Positions 24,401-33,276 of a stretch of DNA of 39,515 nucleotides are shown piece after piece. The notes under the pieces were generated by a model. The model had not been told where the DNA came from. It ran no database searches and saw only the letters and a list, made by a program, of their open reading frames with translations. Source of the stretch: a virus (taxonomy: Duplodnaviria > Caudoviricetes); IMG/VR virus record IMGVR_UViG_3300044580_000079, positions 1 to 39,515 of that record. The stretch is one strand, 5' to 3'. The translations under genes were made by a program, and so were the position numbers. Within the stretch, counting starts at the first letter, position 1, and every line of letters starts with the position of its first letter.

Positions 24401-25373
24401 GACTTAATACATCGGAGGGTTTAGGTATGCTTGACTCAGAAGATAAAATTTTTTCCCCTTCGCTCTTTAGTGCAATTCCAATGGAATCACCGGCATGCCC
24501 TTCGATTCGTTTCCCGCTTAGCGTTACGGGGATTTCTATTTTAGGTTCAGTAATAAATTTTTCCATGGACGGTTCTTTTATTACTGGCCCAATACGTTGA
24601 GCCTCTTTCATTGCAATCAAATCTTCGGCGGTTCTCAGGAAGCCCGGAGTTTTCAGGGCAGCATCGGCACGTTGCTTCGTCAAGTCCTCTATGATCTGAG
24701 GCGATACCGCCTCTTTCTCCCCGATAATCTGAGGGGCTTCTTGATATGCCTTTTTAATAATTTCCTTCGCCTCTTCCTTAATGTTCTTCGGAGCAACCGC
24801 TTTGGTTCCAGCAATGCCCTTCATAATATCCCGGAATATCTTGCTGCCACCAATCCAACCGGCAGCTTCAATAAACGCTTCGGGGGATCGCCAAGACTTA
24901 CCCTCATAAAGCTGACCACTAAACGGAGTTAAAAATTTACCTACCTTTTCCAGAATAGTCTCATTTTCGGAATAAAGACCCGGTTCCTGTTTGGGCAGTT
25001 TCCCCTTTTCCCGCAACACGGTTTCCGGCCCAACCTTTGAACCAGGAATCAAATCCAAAAACTTTTCAAGGGTAGTCTTTTCTTTGGCAACCACACCTGG
25101 AACATCCGGCATTTGGGGTTTCTCTTCCGATATAATTGGTTGCCCCGATTTCGTGAACCCCCGAAAATACCTTACATTGGAGGTATCCACTTCTGCAGAT
25201 TTAATGCCGTCTAAAATTTCCTGTGCAGAGTATTGACTCTGATACGCCTGAACCTTTTTGGCAAGGTCAGGATATTTTTCGCTTTGAGCCATACCCTGAA
25301 CAATTTCATCGGGGGAGTATCCCTGAGCCTCATACTCTTTGATTTTATTTACAACCTCAAATGGTACAGCCAT
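21474..25373 (-). CDS. Large internal virion/DNA-ejection (polyvalent-type) protein with embedded GNAT-like domain
   Basis: 1299 aa, last structural gene; N-terminal GYSPDEI motif; helical C-terminus with LPFPRF; GGVGSRAI...YWQKMGF segment. Confidence 0.75.
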   Translation of the reverse strand: MAVPFEVVNKIKEYEAQGYSPDEIVQGMAQSEKYPDLAKKVQAYQSQYSAQEILDGIKSAEVDTSNVRYFRGFTKSGQPIISEEKPQMPDVPGVVAKEKTTLEKFLDLIPGSKVGPETVLREKGKLPKQEPGLYSENETILEKVGKFLTPFSGQLYEGKSWRSPEAFIEAAGWIGGSKIFRDIMKGIAGTKAVAPKNIKEEAKEIIKKAYQEAPQIIGEKEAVSPQIIEDLTKQRADAALKTPGFLRTAEDLIAMKEAQRIGPVIKEPSMEKFITEPKIEIPVTLSGKRIEGHAGDSIGIALKSEGEKILSSESSIPKPSDVLSQAGLEVGKTKVIKDGIERVPLLDNGKVVGGINVRITDDEIYIPGILSAGGVGSRAIEAFKKFADETGRTVRAGSGEMSGSYWQKMGFVQDGRDFVYVGKTDKVPAEQDIQQYSKEKLRQIEAAKDHPEYPYHPTIDFYLEGTTPEVIVKSGKVPYQAVLPKEMYDLDKDELGLVSKALQIVRQSDTPGDVGFQKNVLHTLMKDAGYSGYQKDGIAFVFGKQPENAAGLVFKEREPGLWLGQVGKVNPQILSDIASSSVGAATGAAVDEDNRIRGAVIGGASGFTISRAAFAKLLGGKKPPLGTKIHGDQVEIPPIKEGPLTEPTLRTDIHKEVSTSATKSMLKEGIKRDPNKLMSEQIMEEIRLHPENYENILKAYNTTTEEFLRAFDISKSQWARNLGLLGWLSKKIQGPEAEKLRKALGENYTAWDELQHWWKKVDNVRRGLLVTQLSTAIRNVTVQGSRLGLDIFEQGLNAGLQRLFNTAAKDNPLDGLETFLRLFQRNKGVMDKILKMAPTQYDRMFAQYSSDVASATGKNIQKAVDVANFFNRFQEFLTRRAVFMGKLDQKLARKGIDLAEAIEKNNLKAIDLDDIRFAVGESLDFTFATQPKWGSIGQKFVSFINAVPGASFILPFPRFMVNSLKFNFEYSPLGLLKLLSKQERQAFAEGNVRVLSRAILGSALLGAAWQFRNSDYAGEKWYELKTPDGTIVDMRPYNPFGAYLFVADLAKKYRENSLYKMNWNDIAQGIGGVNLRAGVGLWAVDKLLNELTVFASNRSWEKAKDIGKQFAGEVVGGFVTPLNMVREFLEGFDESIVRERKTEPFLGPIKSKIPGLAETLPEAYAPTREGPVKSLAPAFRQMTGISARPAKNPLESELDRLGFERRNILPSTGNVRADRLIAEKMGFLAEKVAPFFNSPGYKRLSDPIKGMVLQDILKDIRDDAREWAEALDPQLFQELEMEKIPKWEKLLLQEKGVIQ

Positions 25374-25382
25374 TTTTACCTC

Positions 25383-26393
25383 TTAGAATTTTGGCAATGG
25401 TTTCTTTTTGTTTCCTTCTTTCTTTTCTTGACCGCTCTTTCCCATCGTTTCATAACCATGAATCTTATATTTCATGGCGAAGGTTTTGTCTTTCATGGCC
25501 TCATTGAAATCCATCCAATCGGGATCATCAATAAACTGAGCCATTTTTTGTTTATCTCTGGTATTAACCTTAACCTTTTCAAAGGTATTTTTATTGATCC
25601 ATGTTACATGTTTTACTTCTTTGGGTTCTTTTTCCTCTGACCTTTCAGTCTTACCCTGTTCCTGAAGTACCACGTTGGGAGAAGGTTTCTTTTCATATCC
25701 CTTAACCAATTCTCCCTGCCTATTAAAGAAGCCAAGCAAATCCCCAAGATCACCGGAGATTAGGGGTTTGGTTGCTTCGGCAAGGGGTTTCGATCCTGGG
25801 GGTATAGGCGCACCGGGCTTTACCCAAGACCACTCACCAGTTGGCAATTGCCACGGTTTAGGTTCATATCGGTCACGTTCACCCTTAATGATTTCCTGGA
25901 TAATGCCGGAAACCCCACTACGGGGAGCAGCACGTAAAAGACCGATTTGTTCCTGTGACAGATATGGTCTGACCGGACTTTCGGGAGTACCATGCAGGGT
26001 TTCTTGCTCCTTTAAAAAGTTTGCAAGGGCAGATCGCTCATCCTCTTCCTGTCTTTCAAGCCTTTGTTCCTTAAGAAGCGGAGCAATTTTCAACATGCGA
26101 TCCAGGGCAGCATTTTCCTTGTCAAAGGCAAGGCGTTCCCTTGTAAGTGCTTCTTGTTCTTTAGCATGTCGTATGGCTTCCTGGAATTTATTTTCTTCCA
26201 TTTGTCGCTGACGTTCCTGAATCAAGGTGTCAACGCCACCACTATAACCGGCAGCCCCGGTAGCCATAGCAGTCCCAAGAGCATCGGTAATATTTCCCCC
26301 CGCCCTAAGCGATGCACCGGCCCCAAGAGCAGCGGAAATCAGGGAACCAATCAACAACCCCTTTCTTTGTTCGGGCGTAATAAATTCAGCCAT
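25383..26393 (-). CDS. Internal virion/ejection protein
   Basis: Gly/Ala-rich N-terminus then charged coiled coil; position. Confidence 0.6.
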   Translation of the reverse strand: MAEFITPEQRKGLLIGSLISAALGAGASLRAGGNITDALGTAMATGAAGYSGGVDTLIQERQRQMEENKFQEAIRHAKEQEALTRERLAFDKENAALDRMLKIAPLLKEQRLERQEEDERSALANFLKEQETLHGTPESPVRPYLSQEQIGLLRAAPRSGVSGIIQEIIKGERDRYEPKPWQLPTGEWSWVKPGAPIPPGSKPLAEATKPLISGDLGDLLGFFNRQGELVKGYEKKPSPNVVLQEQGKTERSEEKEPKEVKHVTWINKNTFEKVKVNTRDKQKMAQFIDDPDWMDFNEAMKDKTFAMKYKIHGYETMGKSGQEKKEGNKKKPLPKF

Positions 26394-26396
26394 TGC

Positions 26397-26762
26397 TTAT
26401 CTCCTTAAATAAGCAGTCAAAAGACTCCTAAACCGATTTCCCCCTTGCGGATAAATATTGGGGGTTTGAATATTTGACCGACTGCTTCCTCTGGCAGCCG
26501 GTGCAAAACCTCCGGTAGGTCTGGTAAGTTGTAAGATCACTGGCAGGGTTTTCACAACCGACCCCATTGCGGTTTCCCACATCCCCAACCCCGATTCAGG
26601 GGTGGTATCCGAACGATCAAAATACGCTCCATACTGTTCCTGTTTGGAAGTTTCCGGCCCCGCACTAAGCAAAGAATAACTTGGCTTACTTTGTTCTTTT
26701 GAAAGCATCCTTGCAAGTTCGGGGTTTTCCTCCATCAATTGTTTTAGAAGAGAGTATTGCAT
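26397..26762 (-). CDS. Hypothetical virion protein
   Basis: GAGG RBS; in ejection cluster. Confidence 0.55.
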   Translation of the reverse strand: MQYSLLKQLMEENPELARMLSKEQSKPSYSLLSAGPETSKQEQYGAYFDRSDTTPESGLGMWETAMGSVVKTLPVILQLTRPTGGFAPAARGSSRSNIQTPNIYPQGGNRFRSLLTAYLRR

Positions 26763-26763
26763 G

Positions 26764-27072
26764 TTATTTACCTCTCGTTAAACTACTGATTTCCTGCCCC
26801 AACTGGTTTTGTTCGTACAGCGATGCTTGAGGCCCGTATTTGGGCGCAGCCGTTGCACCACCAACCAAAGCCTGAGACAACCTTGGGGAATTACCCAGGA
26901 GGGAATACCCGCTACCATTACCACCAAAAATATCCGGCATCTCAAATTTCTGTGCCCCAACGTTTCTTTGGGAAGGAGCAGCATACCCCTGATTCTGATT
27001 CGCCGATATAAGCGAAGAACCGACCTGACCGGCAGCAGCAATACCGGCTGCCACTAAAGGAACCCACCACAT
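26764..27072 (-). CDS. Small ejection/pilot protein
   Basis: MWWVPLVAAGIAAAG hydrophobic Gly/Ala N-terminus. Confidence 0.6.
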   Translation of the reverse strand: MWWVPLVAAGIAAAGQVGSSLISANQNQGYAAPSQRNVGAQKFEMPDIFGGNGSGYSLLGNSPRLSQALVGGATAAPKYGPQASLYEQNQLGQEISSLTRGK

Positions 27073-27887
27073 TACTTTCCACTCCTCATGCTCGTAGTCG
27101 TTCCACCAACATCACCCGTGACAAGGTTGCTATACATTCCAAGTCTCTGCCACGGTTCGAGTTGTTCAAACTCATAACGTTTAATCATTTCATCAATCAA
27201 CGCCTGTTCCATCGCCTGTTTTTCCTCGCCAACCGCAGACAATCTTGCGATGTCAGCATAATCCGCTTCGGCAAGTGGTTGAGCAAGGCTCAAGGCATTC
27301 TGCATGCGGTTGCGTTCTGACTCATAAGCCCCACCGTAAATGTTGGTTGCTAAATCGGAAAGTTCTTCCTGCAATCCACGATATGCCATACCCTCAGCAA
27401 CGCCGTGACGTGAACCACCATAAGCACCGGCCCCCATAGCGGAGCTTCTTATGTTCGGAAGGGTAGCCTGAGTAAATTTATTGGTCAAATCACGGGCAGA
27501 CTGCTCATAAGTCTTTTCAAGCCACGGATTCGTTTCTGGACTGAGAAAATCACCCTGCACGGTTTTTTGGGTGGTTTCCTGTGCAGCCCTCAAAAGTGGG
27601 GAACCGCTAAGTGCCCTTGACGTGGTAAGCCCCTGAGCCACTTGCTGTTCCGGCGTAAAACCGGCAACCGTATTTCCACTATAATAAGAAATCGGCTTAT
27701 AACTTTGTTGTAAGGCCCTCTGATAAATATCGGTCAGGTACGGTTGCTGCCACTCAGGAACACTCGTGGTGGTGGTACTGGAACCGCCACCCTTGCATTG
27801 GGCAACCTCTCCTTCATACTCATACCAATCCTCTTCAATAACCTGAAGAGTTACCATACTCATTACAACCTTACGATACACTTTCAT
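27072..27887 (-). CDS. Virion protein with N-terminal leader and CKGGG motif
   Basis: YEYEGEVAQC-KGGGSSTTTT, VAGFTPEQ, NPWL, GAYGGSRHGVAEG. Confidence 0.7.
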   Translation of the reverse strand: MKVYRKVVMSMVTLQVIEEDWYEYEGEVAQCKGGGSSTTTTSVPEWQQPYLTDIYQRALQQSYKPISYYSGNTVAGFTPEQQVAQGLTTSRALSGSPLLRAAQETTQKTVQGDFLSPETNPWLEKTYEQSARDLTNKFTQATLPNIRSSAMGAGAYGGSRHGVAEGMAYRGLQEELSDLATNIYGGAYESERNRMQNALSLAQPLAEADYADIARLSAVGEEKQAMEQALIDEMIKRYEFEQLEPWQRLGMYSNLVTGDVGGTTTSMRSGK

Positions 27888-28335
27888 CTTTCAATTCCTT
27901 TACGTATTCGATATACCCCGGCTGATAGCCAAGGGGAACCAATCTTTCCTGCCATTTCTTTTCCTTCGCATAGAAGCGAATGCTCGAACAACCTCTTTCT
28001 CTCGCAAACTTTTCCAGAACCTTTAAGGCCTCAAATAACCAGGACGTATGATATTTCGGGTTTTTGTAAGCATGAACAATCCAGAGAAACTTTCCACATG
28101 TCGGAATGTCTGTAACCTGAGTGGTTACAAAGCCCATATAGCGACCATCAACAAACGCAGCCCACAGCAACAACTTTCCAGACATCAATTCATTAAAAAT
28201 TTTTTCAAACGAAGTATCCGCCCCGGAATTGTTTAAAACAGCTTCAATACCATCAACAAAGTGATTAAATGATCTTAAAAGCGCATTAGGATCATACACC
28301 GGAATTAGTTTCAAGCTTTGTTTTTCCTGATCCAT
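27871..28335 (-). CDS. GNAT-like acyltransferase, virion-module type
   Basis: LWAA...GFVTTQV...LEKFARERGCSSI..KKWQERL..LGY. Confidence 0.72.
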   Translation of the reverse strand: MDQEKQSLKLIPVYDPNALLRSFNHFVDGIEAVLNNSGADTSFEKIFNELMSGKLLLWAAFVDGRYMGFVTTQVTDIPTCGKFLWIVHAYKNPKYHTSWLFEALKVLEKFARERGCSSIRFYAKEKKWQERLVPLGYQPGYIEYVKELKDESVS

Positions 28336-28813
28336 CTAATACTCCTTTTAATTTATTTGTCTCTATCCCGAATATTGCATAACCGGGAGGTGGAACCAAA
28401 ATAAATCCAAAGTTTTGAATTTGAGTTTTCTTCTCCTTGATTTGCTTTCGTTGCCAGGACAAATAAGTTTCATTATGAAAAGAAACTGCAAACAAAACAT
28501 ATTGAATGTCTGGAAAAATTTTAGCTGCCCTGTAAATTGTCCACCTGGAAATCCAATACGAATACCCCTGCTTTTGATAGTCGGGGAAAACACCAAGGAT
28601 CATCCAGGCATAAGGCTCAACCGGATCTTGCCTGACGGCAGACCAGCCTACGAGCCTTCCATGTTCACGAAAAATGAACCACTCTTCCCCCTGAACGGGT
28701 GGCCTCGGCCAGTCGGCTCCATACATCTCCCTGACCTTATCAATGCCCACCTTAAGCGTGAACTGCGCCAGAACCTCACAAGCCTCGCTTACGGATGCCT
28801 TTTTACCTTGCAA
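28292..28813 (-). CDS. GNAT N-acetyltransferase
   Basis: GRLVGWS; acetyl-CoA motif A GVFPDYQKQGY. Confidence 0.78.
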   Translation of the reverse strand: MQGKKASVSEACEVLAQFTLKVGIDKVREMYGADWPRPPVQGEEWFIFREHGRLVGWSAVRQDPVEPYAWMILGVFPDYQKQGYSYWISRWTIYRAAKIFPDIQYVLFAVSFHNETYLSWQRKQIKEKKTQIQNFGFILVPPPGYAIFGIETNKLKGVLDGSGKTKLETNSGV

Positions 28814-29303
28814 AGTGTTCCTCCTTGGGCCACCCCAAAAAGTAGTCGTCTACCGAGGGGTGTCTTGGGTGAAAGGTGACATACCACTTAATGATGTCCT
28901 CAACACTATCGAATGGCCCACGCAAACCATGCATACTGTAGGCCCACGATCCGTACTCCAGCGCAAAGATCTTACCGCCCATATCGAACAGCGGCATAAA
29001 GTGCATCTGCTCAAATCGCTTCACGATGATAGTGAGAATACGAGGATTGGATTCGGGGAGGATTCTCTTGAGACAATATTTGATAAACCTCGCCACATCC
29101 ATACACTCACCGCTCCTCCTCTCAAATGTTTCCTGTGGGGTTTGAGCAGGAATAGTATTCAGCAGCTTTCCCGAATCCTTGCTACGACTATTTTTGAATC
29201 GCCCGTGATCATACCGGAACTCGGTAGCCAACCATGTACAAAGATCCTCGTAGCTATTTAAGCCCGTGAGCCACTCCTCTAATGAGAGCCGGTCTTTGTT
29301 CAT
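28803..29303 (-). CDS. Transglutaminase-like cysteine enzyme
   Basis: QTPQETFERRSGECMDVA (Cys), MHFMPLF (His), FALEY (acidic residue). Confidence 0.78.
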   Translation of the reverse strand: MNKDRLSLEEWLTGLNSYEDLCTWLATEFRYDHGRFKNSRSKDSGKLLNTIPAQTPQETFERRSGECMDVARFIKYCLKRILPESNPRILTIIVKRFEQMHFMPLFDMGGKIFALEYGSWAYSMHGLRGPFDSVEDIIKWYVTFHPRHPSVDDYFLGWPKEEHFAR

Positions 29304-30678
29304 ACTTCTGTCCCACCTCTATCGCCTTGTCGATATTAATGATAACTTCGGTTATAGGTTTGCTAAATTTTGTTGGATGCTCGACAAAGACAGCTTCCTG
29401 CTGCCTCTCCTCAGCCGACTCTTTCCAGTAAGAAAGCATGGCCCCCATCAGGTTTGTTTCCAGCATGAAGGAAGACTGCGCATATCCGGCCTCCTTCATC
29501 CAGAGATGGGCAATCTGTCTCGATGTGTGATAGAGATCGTTGCCCAGTGCCTTGGCGGGAATCAGATAACTCGTAGCAGCCACGCCATTTCTCCGGTGAC
29601 GAATCAACTTTACATCGATCAGAGCATCGTCCTTGAAGATTAGGAGAGAAGTCGCCCTATCGAGGTTCATCCACATCTCAAGGTTGTTTAAAGAGATGAG
29701 CTTCCTCGGATTACCACCCCACGCCTTGTCGATCAAATCTCTGATCTGCGGGAGATCCTCTGCGGTTCCCTCTCGGGCGTACACCGTGTCATTGCGATAC
29801 GACCAATCCGGTAAGGTCTTTCTCTGCGGAAAACCAGTAAAGCGACCAAGATCGATCTGGTACTCAAGGATCTTTACCTTCTCCTCTTCGGCGACCTCAA
29901 CGGCCCCATAGTTCTGCTTCAAGCTTTCAATCCAGTCCGGCCTGTCCTTTCTTGTGCGAGAGTAAACCTTCTGGTATCCCGCCTTCAGCAGCCGCTCAAA
30001 AATGGGCCGCTCTGCCTCCCTCCAGAACCAGTGTGGACGCTCCCGGTTGAAGTGCATTGTGAAGCTGATCGTGGCCCGACCTTCATTAAACGAAACAAGC
30101 TCAACCTGAAGCGGATTGCTATTGTACTCCAAGATGAACTTCCACCTGTCGGGTCTGGCGAAACGCTTCATGAGCATCATAAAGGCGTGATCTCCAGGGG
30201 GATCGCAATGGCACTCAACGCCTGGACATTCGGCAAAGTGAATGCCCCCCTCAATAGAACGCGGAGCGCACAGATCGAGATCCTTCTGAAAATCAAACGG
30301 CCTCCAAATCAATCCAGGCACATCGGGAACGGCATCCACCTTCGGATCTTGCATCATGGGAATGTTGGGAAAATCACCAACCAACTCCGAAGGGATCTCG
30401 TTCTTAACCACCCTGCGAATCTCGTGGATGTCATCGATAAACATCGCAATCTGCTTACCGTTCCACGAGCCATGAGAAAGGAGCATCTTGGCTGCGCCGC
30501 TGTCGGTCTGCGGAAAATAAAACCTTCCATCCCTCCACCGTAACAGGCCACGGCTGTTGGCGATTAACGCCAACTCATCCGCAGCAATCTTGATGTGGTC
30601 GAATGGAGGCTGTCCAGGCTGGTTCCAGTGTCCGGCACTCTCGATTCTTCCGTTGTCGCCCACCACCATGTAAAACAT
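29254..30678 (-). CDS. Multi-domain protein with probable tandem GNAT-like folds
   Basis: WRPFDFQKDL and AREGTAEDLPQIRDLI GNAT-like starts; KAGYQKV and EAGY segments; start re-called at MFYMVV. Confidence 0.55.
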   Translation of the reverse strand: MFYMVVGDNGRIESAGHWNQPGQPPFDHIKIAADELALIANSRGLLRWRDGRFYFPQTDSGAAKMLLSHGSWNGKQIAMFIDDIHEIRRVVKNEIPSELVGDFPNIPMMQDPKVDAVPDVPGLIWRPFDFQKDLDLCAPRSIEGGIHFAECPGVECHCDPPGDHAFMMLMKRFARPDRWKFILEYNSNPLQVELVSFNEGRATISFTMHFNRERPHWFWREAERPIFERLLKAGYQKVYSRTRKDRPDWIESLKQNYGAVEVAEEEKVKILEYQIDLGRFTGFPQRKTLPDWSYRNDTVYAREGTAEDLPQIRDLIDKAWGGNPRKLISLNNLEMWMNLDRATSLLIFKDDALIDVKLIRHRRNGVAATSYLIPAKALGNDLYHTSRQIAHLWMKEAGYAQSSFMLETNLMGAMLSYWKESAEERQQEAVFVEHPTKFSKPITEVIINIDKAIEVGQKYEQRPALIRGVAHGLK

Positions 30679-31586
30679 TATTTGCTCCTTGCCCAAGCAT
30701 CCATTTTAATGGTCGTAATCGCCGGATTAACACCCCAACTGCTAAAACTTGACACGATAACTTGAGCAGTTAGGTAGTACGCTTGATACTGCGAAGAAAC
30801 CCCCGGTTGATCTACCCAAAGCCCTGTTACCGGGATAATATCCTCAACCTGTAATGCACCACCGGCACCGCCAACAATAATCGTTTCTATGATCGTTCCG
30901 CTGGCCGAACCCTTCCGAATCCTAAAACGAATCGCGGGACGATAATAGTTTTTCCCATCGGTATAATATCCAACGTTGACATTGGCCTTAAAAAGCCCCC
31001 TAACAGTATCACCTGTCGTATAGCAATACGGGCTGACCGAACCGATGGACGTTTCGGAGGTAGAGGTAAAAGAGCTTTGATCTGAAGGTGTGGCAAAGAC
31101 TCCACGAATCACGGCGAAGTTTGTAATCTTCTGTGTACCGACAGTAAGATTATCGATGTTCGCGCTCTTTACTTGAAGATCGCCGATCTTCGCAGAGGAG
31201 ATTGCAGCATCCTTGATGTTTGCCCCTTCAATGGTGGCAAGAGCAATTTTAGCCCCGGTAATCTCAGCATCCTGGATTTTGGCAGCCGTGATAGTTGCGT
31301 CCTTGATCTTAGCAGCCTCAATCGCAGCATCCTGGATTTTGCCGGTGCTAACCGCAAGGTCAGCAATCTTCAGGTTTGTAATCGCTCCGTTGGCAATGGC
31401 ATCCTCCCCGATAATCCCGCTTATGATATTCATGGATTCATCCAGGGTTTCTGCTCGTTGGTTAAGCAGGATCAATTCCCGTGTCAGTTGGATAATCAAA
31501 TCCTGTGACCAACGCTGAATTCCCTCCGGCGAAGTGTCTTTTAATTGAGATAAAATTGGAGTTCTCAGTCCACCAGAAGCAGCCAT
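30678..31586 (-). CDS. Tail fibre/needle-like protein with 10-aa repeats
   Basis: About 9 copies of (A/T)I.xAKI.D; beta-rich C-terminal domain. Confidence 0.7.
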   Translation of the reverse strand: MAASGGLRTPILSQLKDTSPEGIQRWSQDLIIQLTRELILLNQRAETLDESMNIISGIIGEDAIANGAITNLKIADLAVSTGKIQDAAIEAAKIKDATITAAKIQDAEITGAKIALATIEGANIKDAAISSAKIGDLQVKSANIDNLTVGTQKITNFAVIRGVFATPSDQSSFTSTSETSIGSVSPYCYTTGDTVRGLFKANVNVGYYTDGKNYYRPAIRFRIRKGSASGTIIETIIVGGAGGALQVEDIIPVTGLWVDQPGVSSQYQAYYLTAQVIVSSFSSWGVNPAITTIKMDAWARSK

Positions 31587-33025
31587 TATCTACCACCCTG
31601 CACGTGATACTGAACACGAATGCCATTCAGAATAAACGGAGTATCCGTGGCATCTGTATAAACCATGATCCTTAAAAGGTGTCCACCCGGCCCAGGACGG
31701 CTTCCATCCGGTTGCGCCCCCATATCAATCTTCCATTCGGTTTGCGGGTTAAACGTATAGGCATCAGTCCAGGTAAGGCTATTATTAAAACCATCCCTAT
31801 ATCCGACCTTAAAATGCACTTCGGTCGCATCCGTGTAAATCTCTGGAATGATCCGGTCGATATATTTGTACGCCTCTAACTTTTCCCCGCCAAATTCAGC
31901 CGATACCGCATATCCGGTCAGGGCAGACCCAGCACCATTCTCGGTATTGCCAAGCTGATACAGCTTATAATCGTCCTTGCTGAAAATCGGATAGTCGGTA
32001 GGAACCTTACTCAGGCCATACCACCAAGCAATGTCATCAAACGTCCAGGTGTTATTCAAATAATTGTAAATGCAAGCAAGGGTAGGTTTGCCGGACGATC
32101 CCGTAACCGGCAAGCAAAACCAAACTTCCCCCCAATCCTGGTTTGCAAAGATGAACCCTGACGTAATATTGCTTTGGTCAATCACTTCATAAATAGACTT
32201 TTTAATTCCAAGGCCAATTTCGGTAGCCCTCATTCCATCAAAGGAATAGAACCCGGTAGGGGACATGAAATATTGAACGTTGCCAACCGTACAAAGCAAT
32301 CTTTTCGTCCATAGGCCAGTATCATAAGAGGCAATCCTACGGCTAAAAACATAGACCCCGCCGATATACTGGAAAACATGAATCTGAGTGCCGGTATAAA
32401 CGGCAAAGAAGTCTGACAATCCATCTCCCCCAACTACCGGGGTAGGAGATTCATAAAGATCGTAATCACCGGCCTCATTGTCATCGGCAGGAGTCCAAAC
32501 ATCATAATTATCAATGTCAGACCAAACTACCCGGTTAGGATAGCCCGATACTCCAAGCAAAAAAGCATGGCGCTGAAACGTCCTTACAACCTGAGCCACG
32601 GGGGGGCTGTCACTTAAATCGTCCCACGAAGTATAAGGATAAACGCACTTCTTAGGATTAATAATGCCATCGCTTGCAAGGATATGGCTTCCAAATGCAG
32701 CAAACGTCATTTGATTCGTCAAATCCCCGCCGGTCAATCCGCTTTCCAGTTGCGTAGCGGTTGTCCCATCCCAGGAATAAACTGCATCTCGTTTAGCAAG
32801 CATCATCCAGTTGACGCCGGAATATTGCCATGAAAAAAGAGAAGTCCAGGGCTTACTCCCCGCAATTCCAGAGGCATCATAATGCAGGGCGTACCCAGGC
32901 ATCTTCTGCAAAGCGCCATCCTGAAAACGAACGTGCCTTGCATCGGATAAAAACTCAGGCCCAAGATTGGTAGCCGGTGTATCCAGGACAACACCTTTGT
33001 TCATTTTTAAGACAATTTCTTCCAT
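31586..33025 (-). CDS. Tail tubular protein B / P22 gp10-like stabilization protein
   Basis: Beta-propeller pattern NRVVWSD, EVWFC.P, YNYLNNTW; start re-called at MEEIV. Confidence 0.78.
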   Translation of the reverse strand: MEEIVLKMNKGVVLDTPATNLGPEFLSDARHVRFQDGALQKMPGYALHYDASGIAGSKPWTSLFSWQYSGVNWMMLAKRDAVYSWDGTTATQLESGLTGGDLTNQMTFAAFGSHILASDGIINPKKCVYPYTSWDDLSDSPPVAQVVRTFQRHAFLLGVSGYPNRVVWSDIDNYDVWTPADDNEAGDYDLYESPTPVVGGDGLSDFFAVYTGTQIHVFQYIGGVYVFSRRIASYDTGLWTKRLLCTVGNVQYFMSPTGFYSFDGMRATEIGLGIKKSIYEVIDQSNITSGFIFANQDWGEVWFCLPVTGSSGKPTLACIYNYLNNTWTFDDIAWWYGLSKVPTDYPIFSKDDYKLYQLGNTENGAGSALTGYAVSAEFGGEKLEAYKYIDRIIPEIYTDATEVHFKVGYRDGFNNSLTWTDAYTFNPQTEWKIDMGAQPDGSRPGPGGHLLRIMVYTDATDTPFILNGIRVQYHVQGGR

Positions 33026-33276
33026 TACGGCCTTCTCCAATTCTCATTTGTAGAAGGAGAAATATCACTCCAATTCTCACTCGTAGAGGGAGAATGGTTT
33101 GACCACGACTCACTACCGGAAAGTAAGAAGGGCGACCACGACTTTAACGAACCAGAGGGAAAAGGAGAAAAAACCTCAGTTCCAGTAAGAGAGTGATCGC
33201 CCCATTTTTCCTGTTCAGAATATAATGCCTCAAGGTCAAACAAAATATCACCCGGAACCAAAACCCCATAAATCAT
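33025..33276 (-). CDS. Small Ser/Trp-repeat tail-associated protein
   Basis: Trp every 11 aa in C-terminal half. Confidence 0.55.
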   Translation of the reverse strand: MIYGVLVPGDILFDLEALYSEQEKWGDHSLTGTEVFSPFPSGSLKSWSPFLLSGSESWSNHSPSTSENWSDISPSTNENWRRP

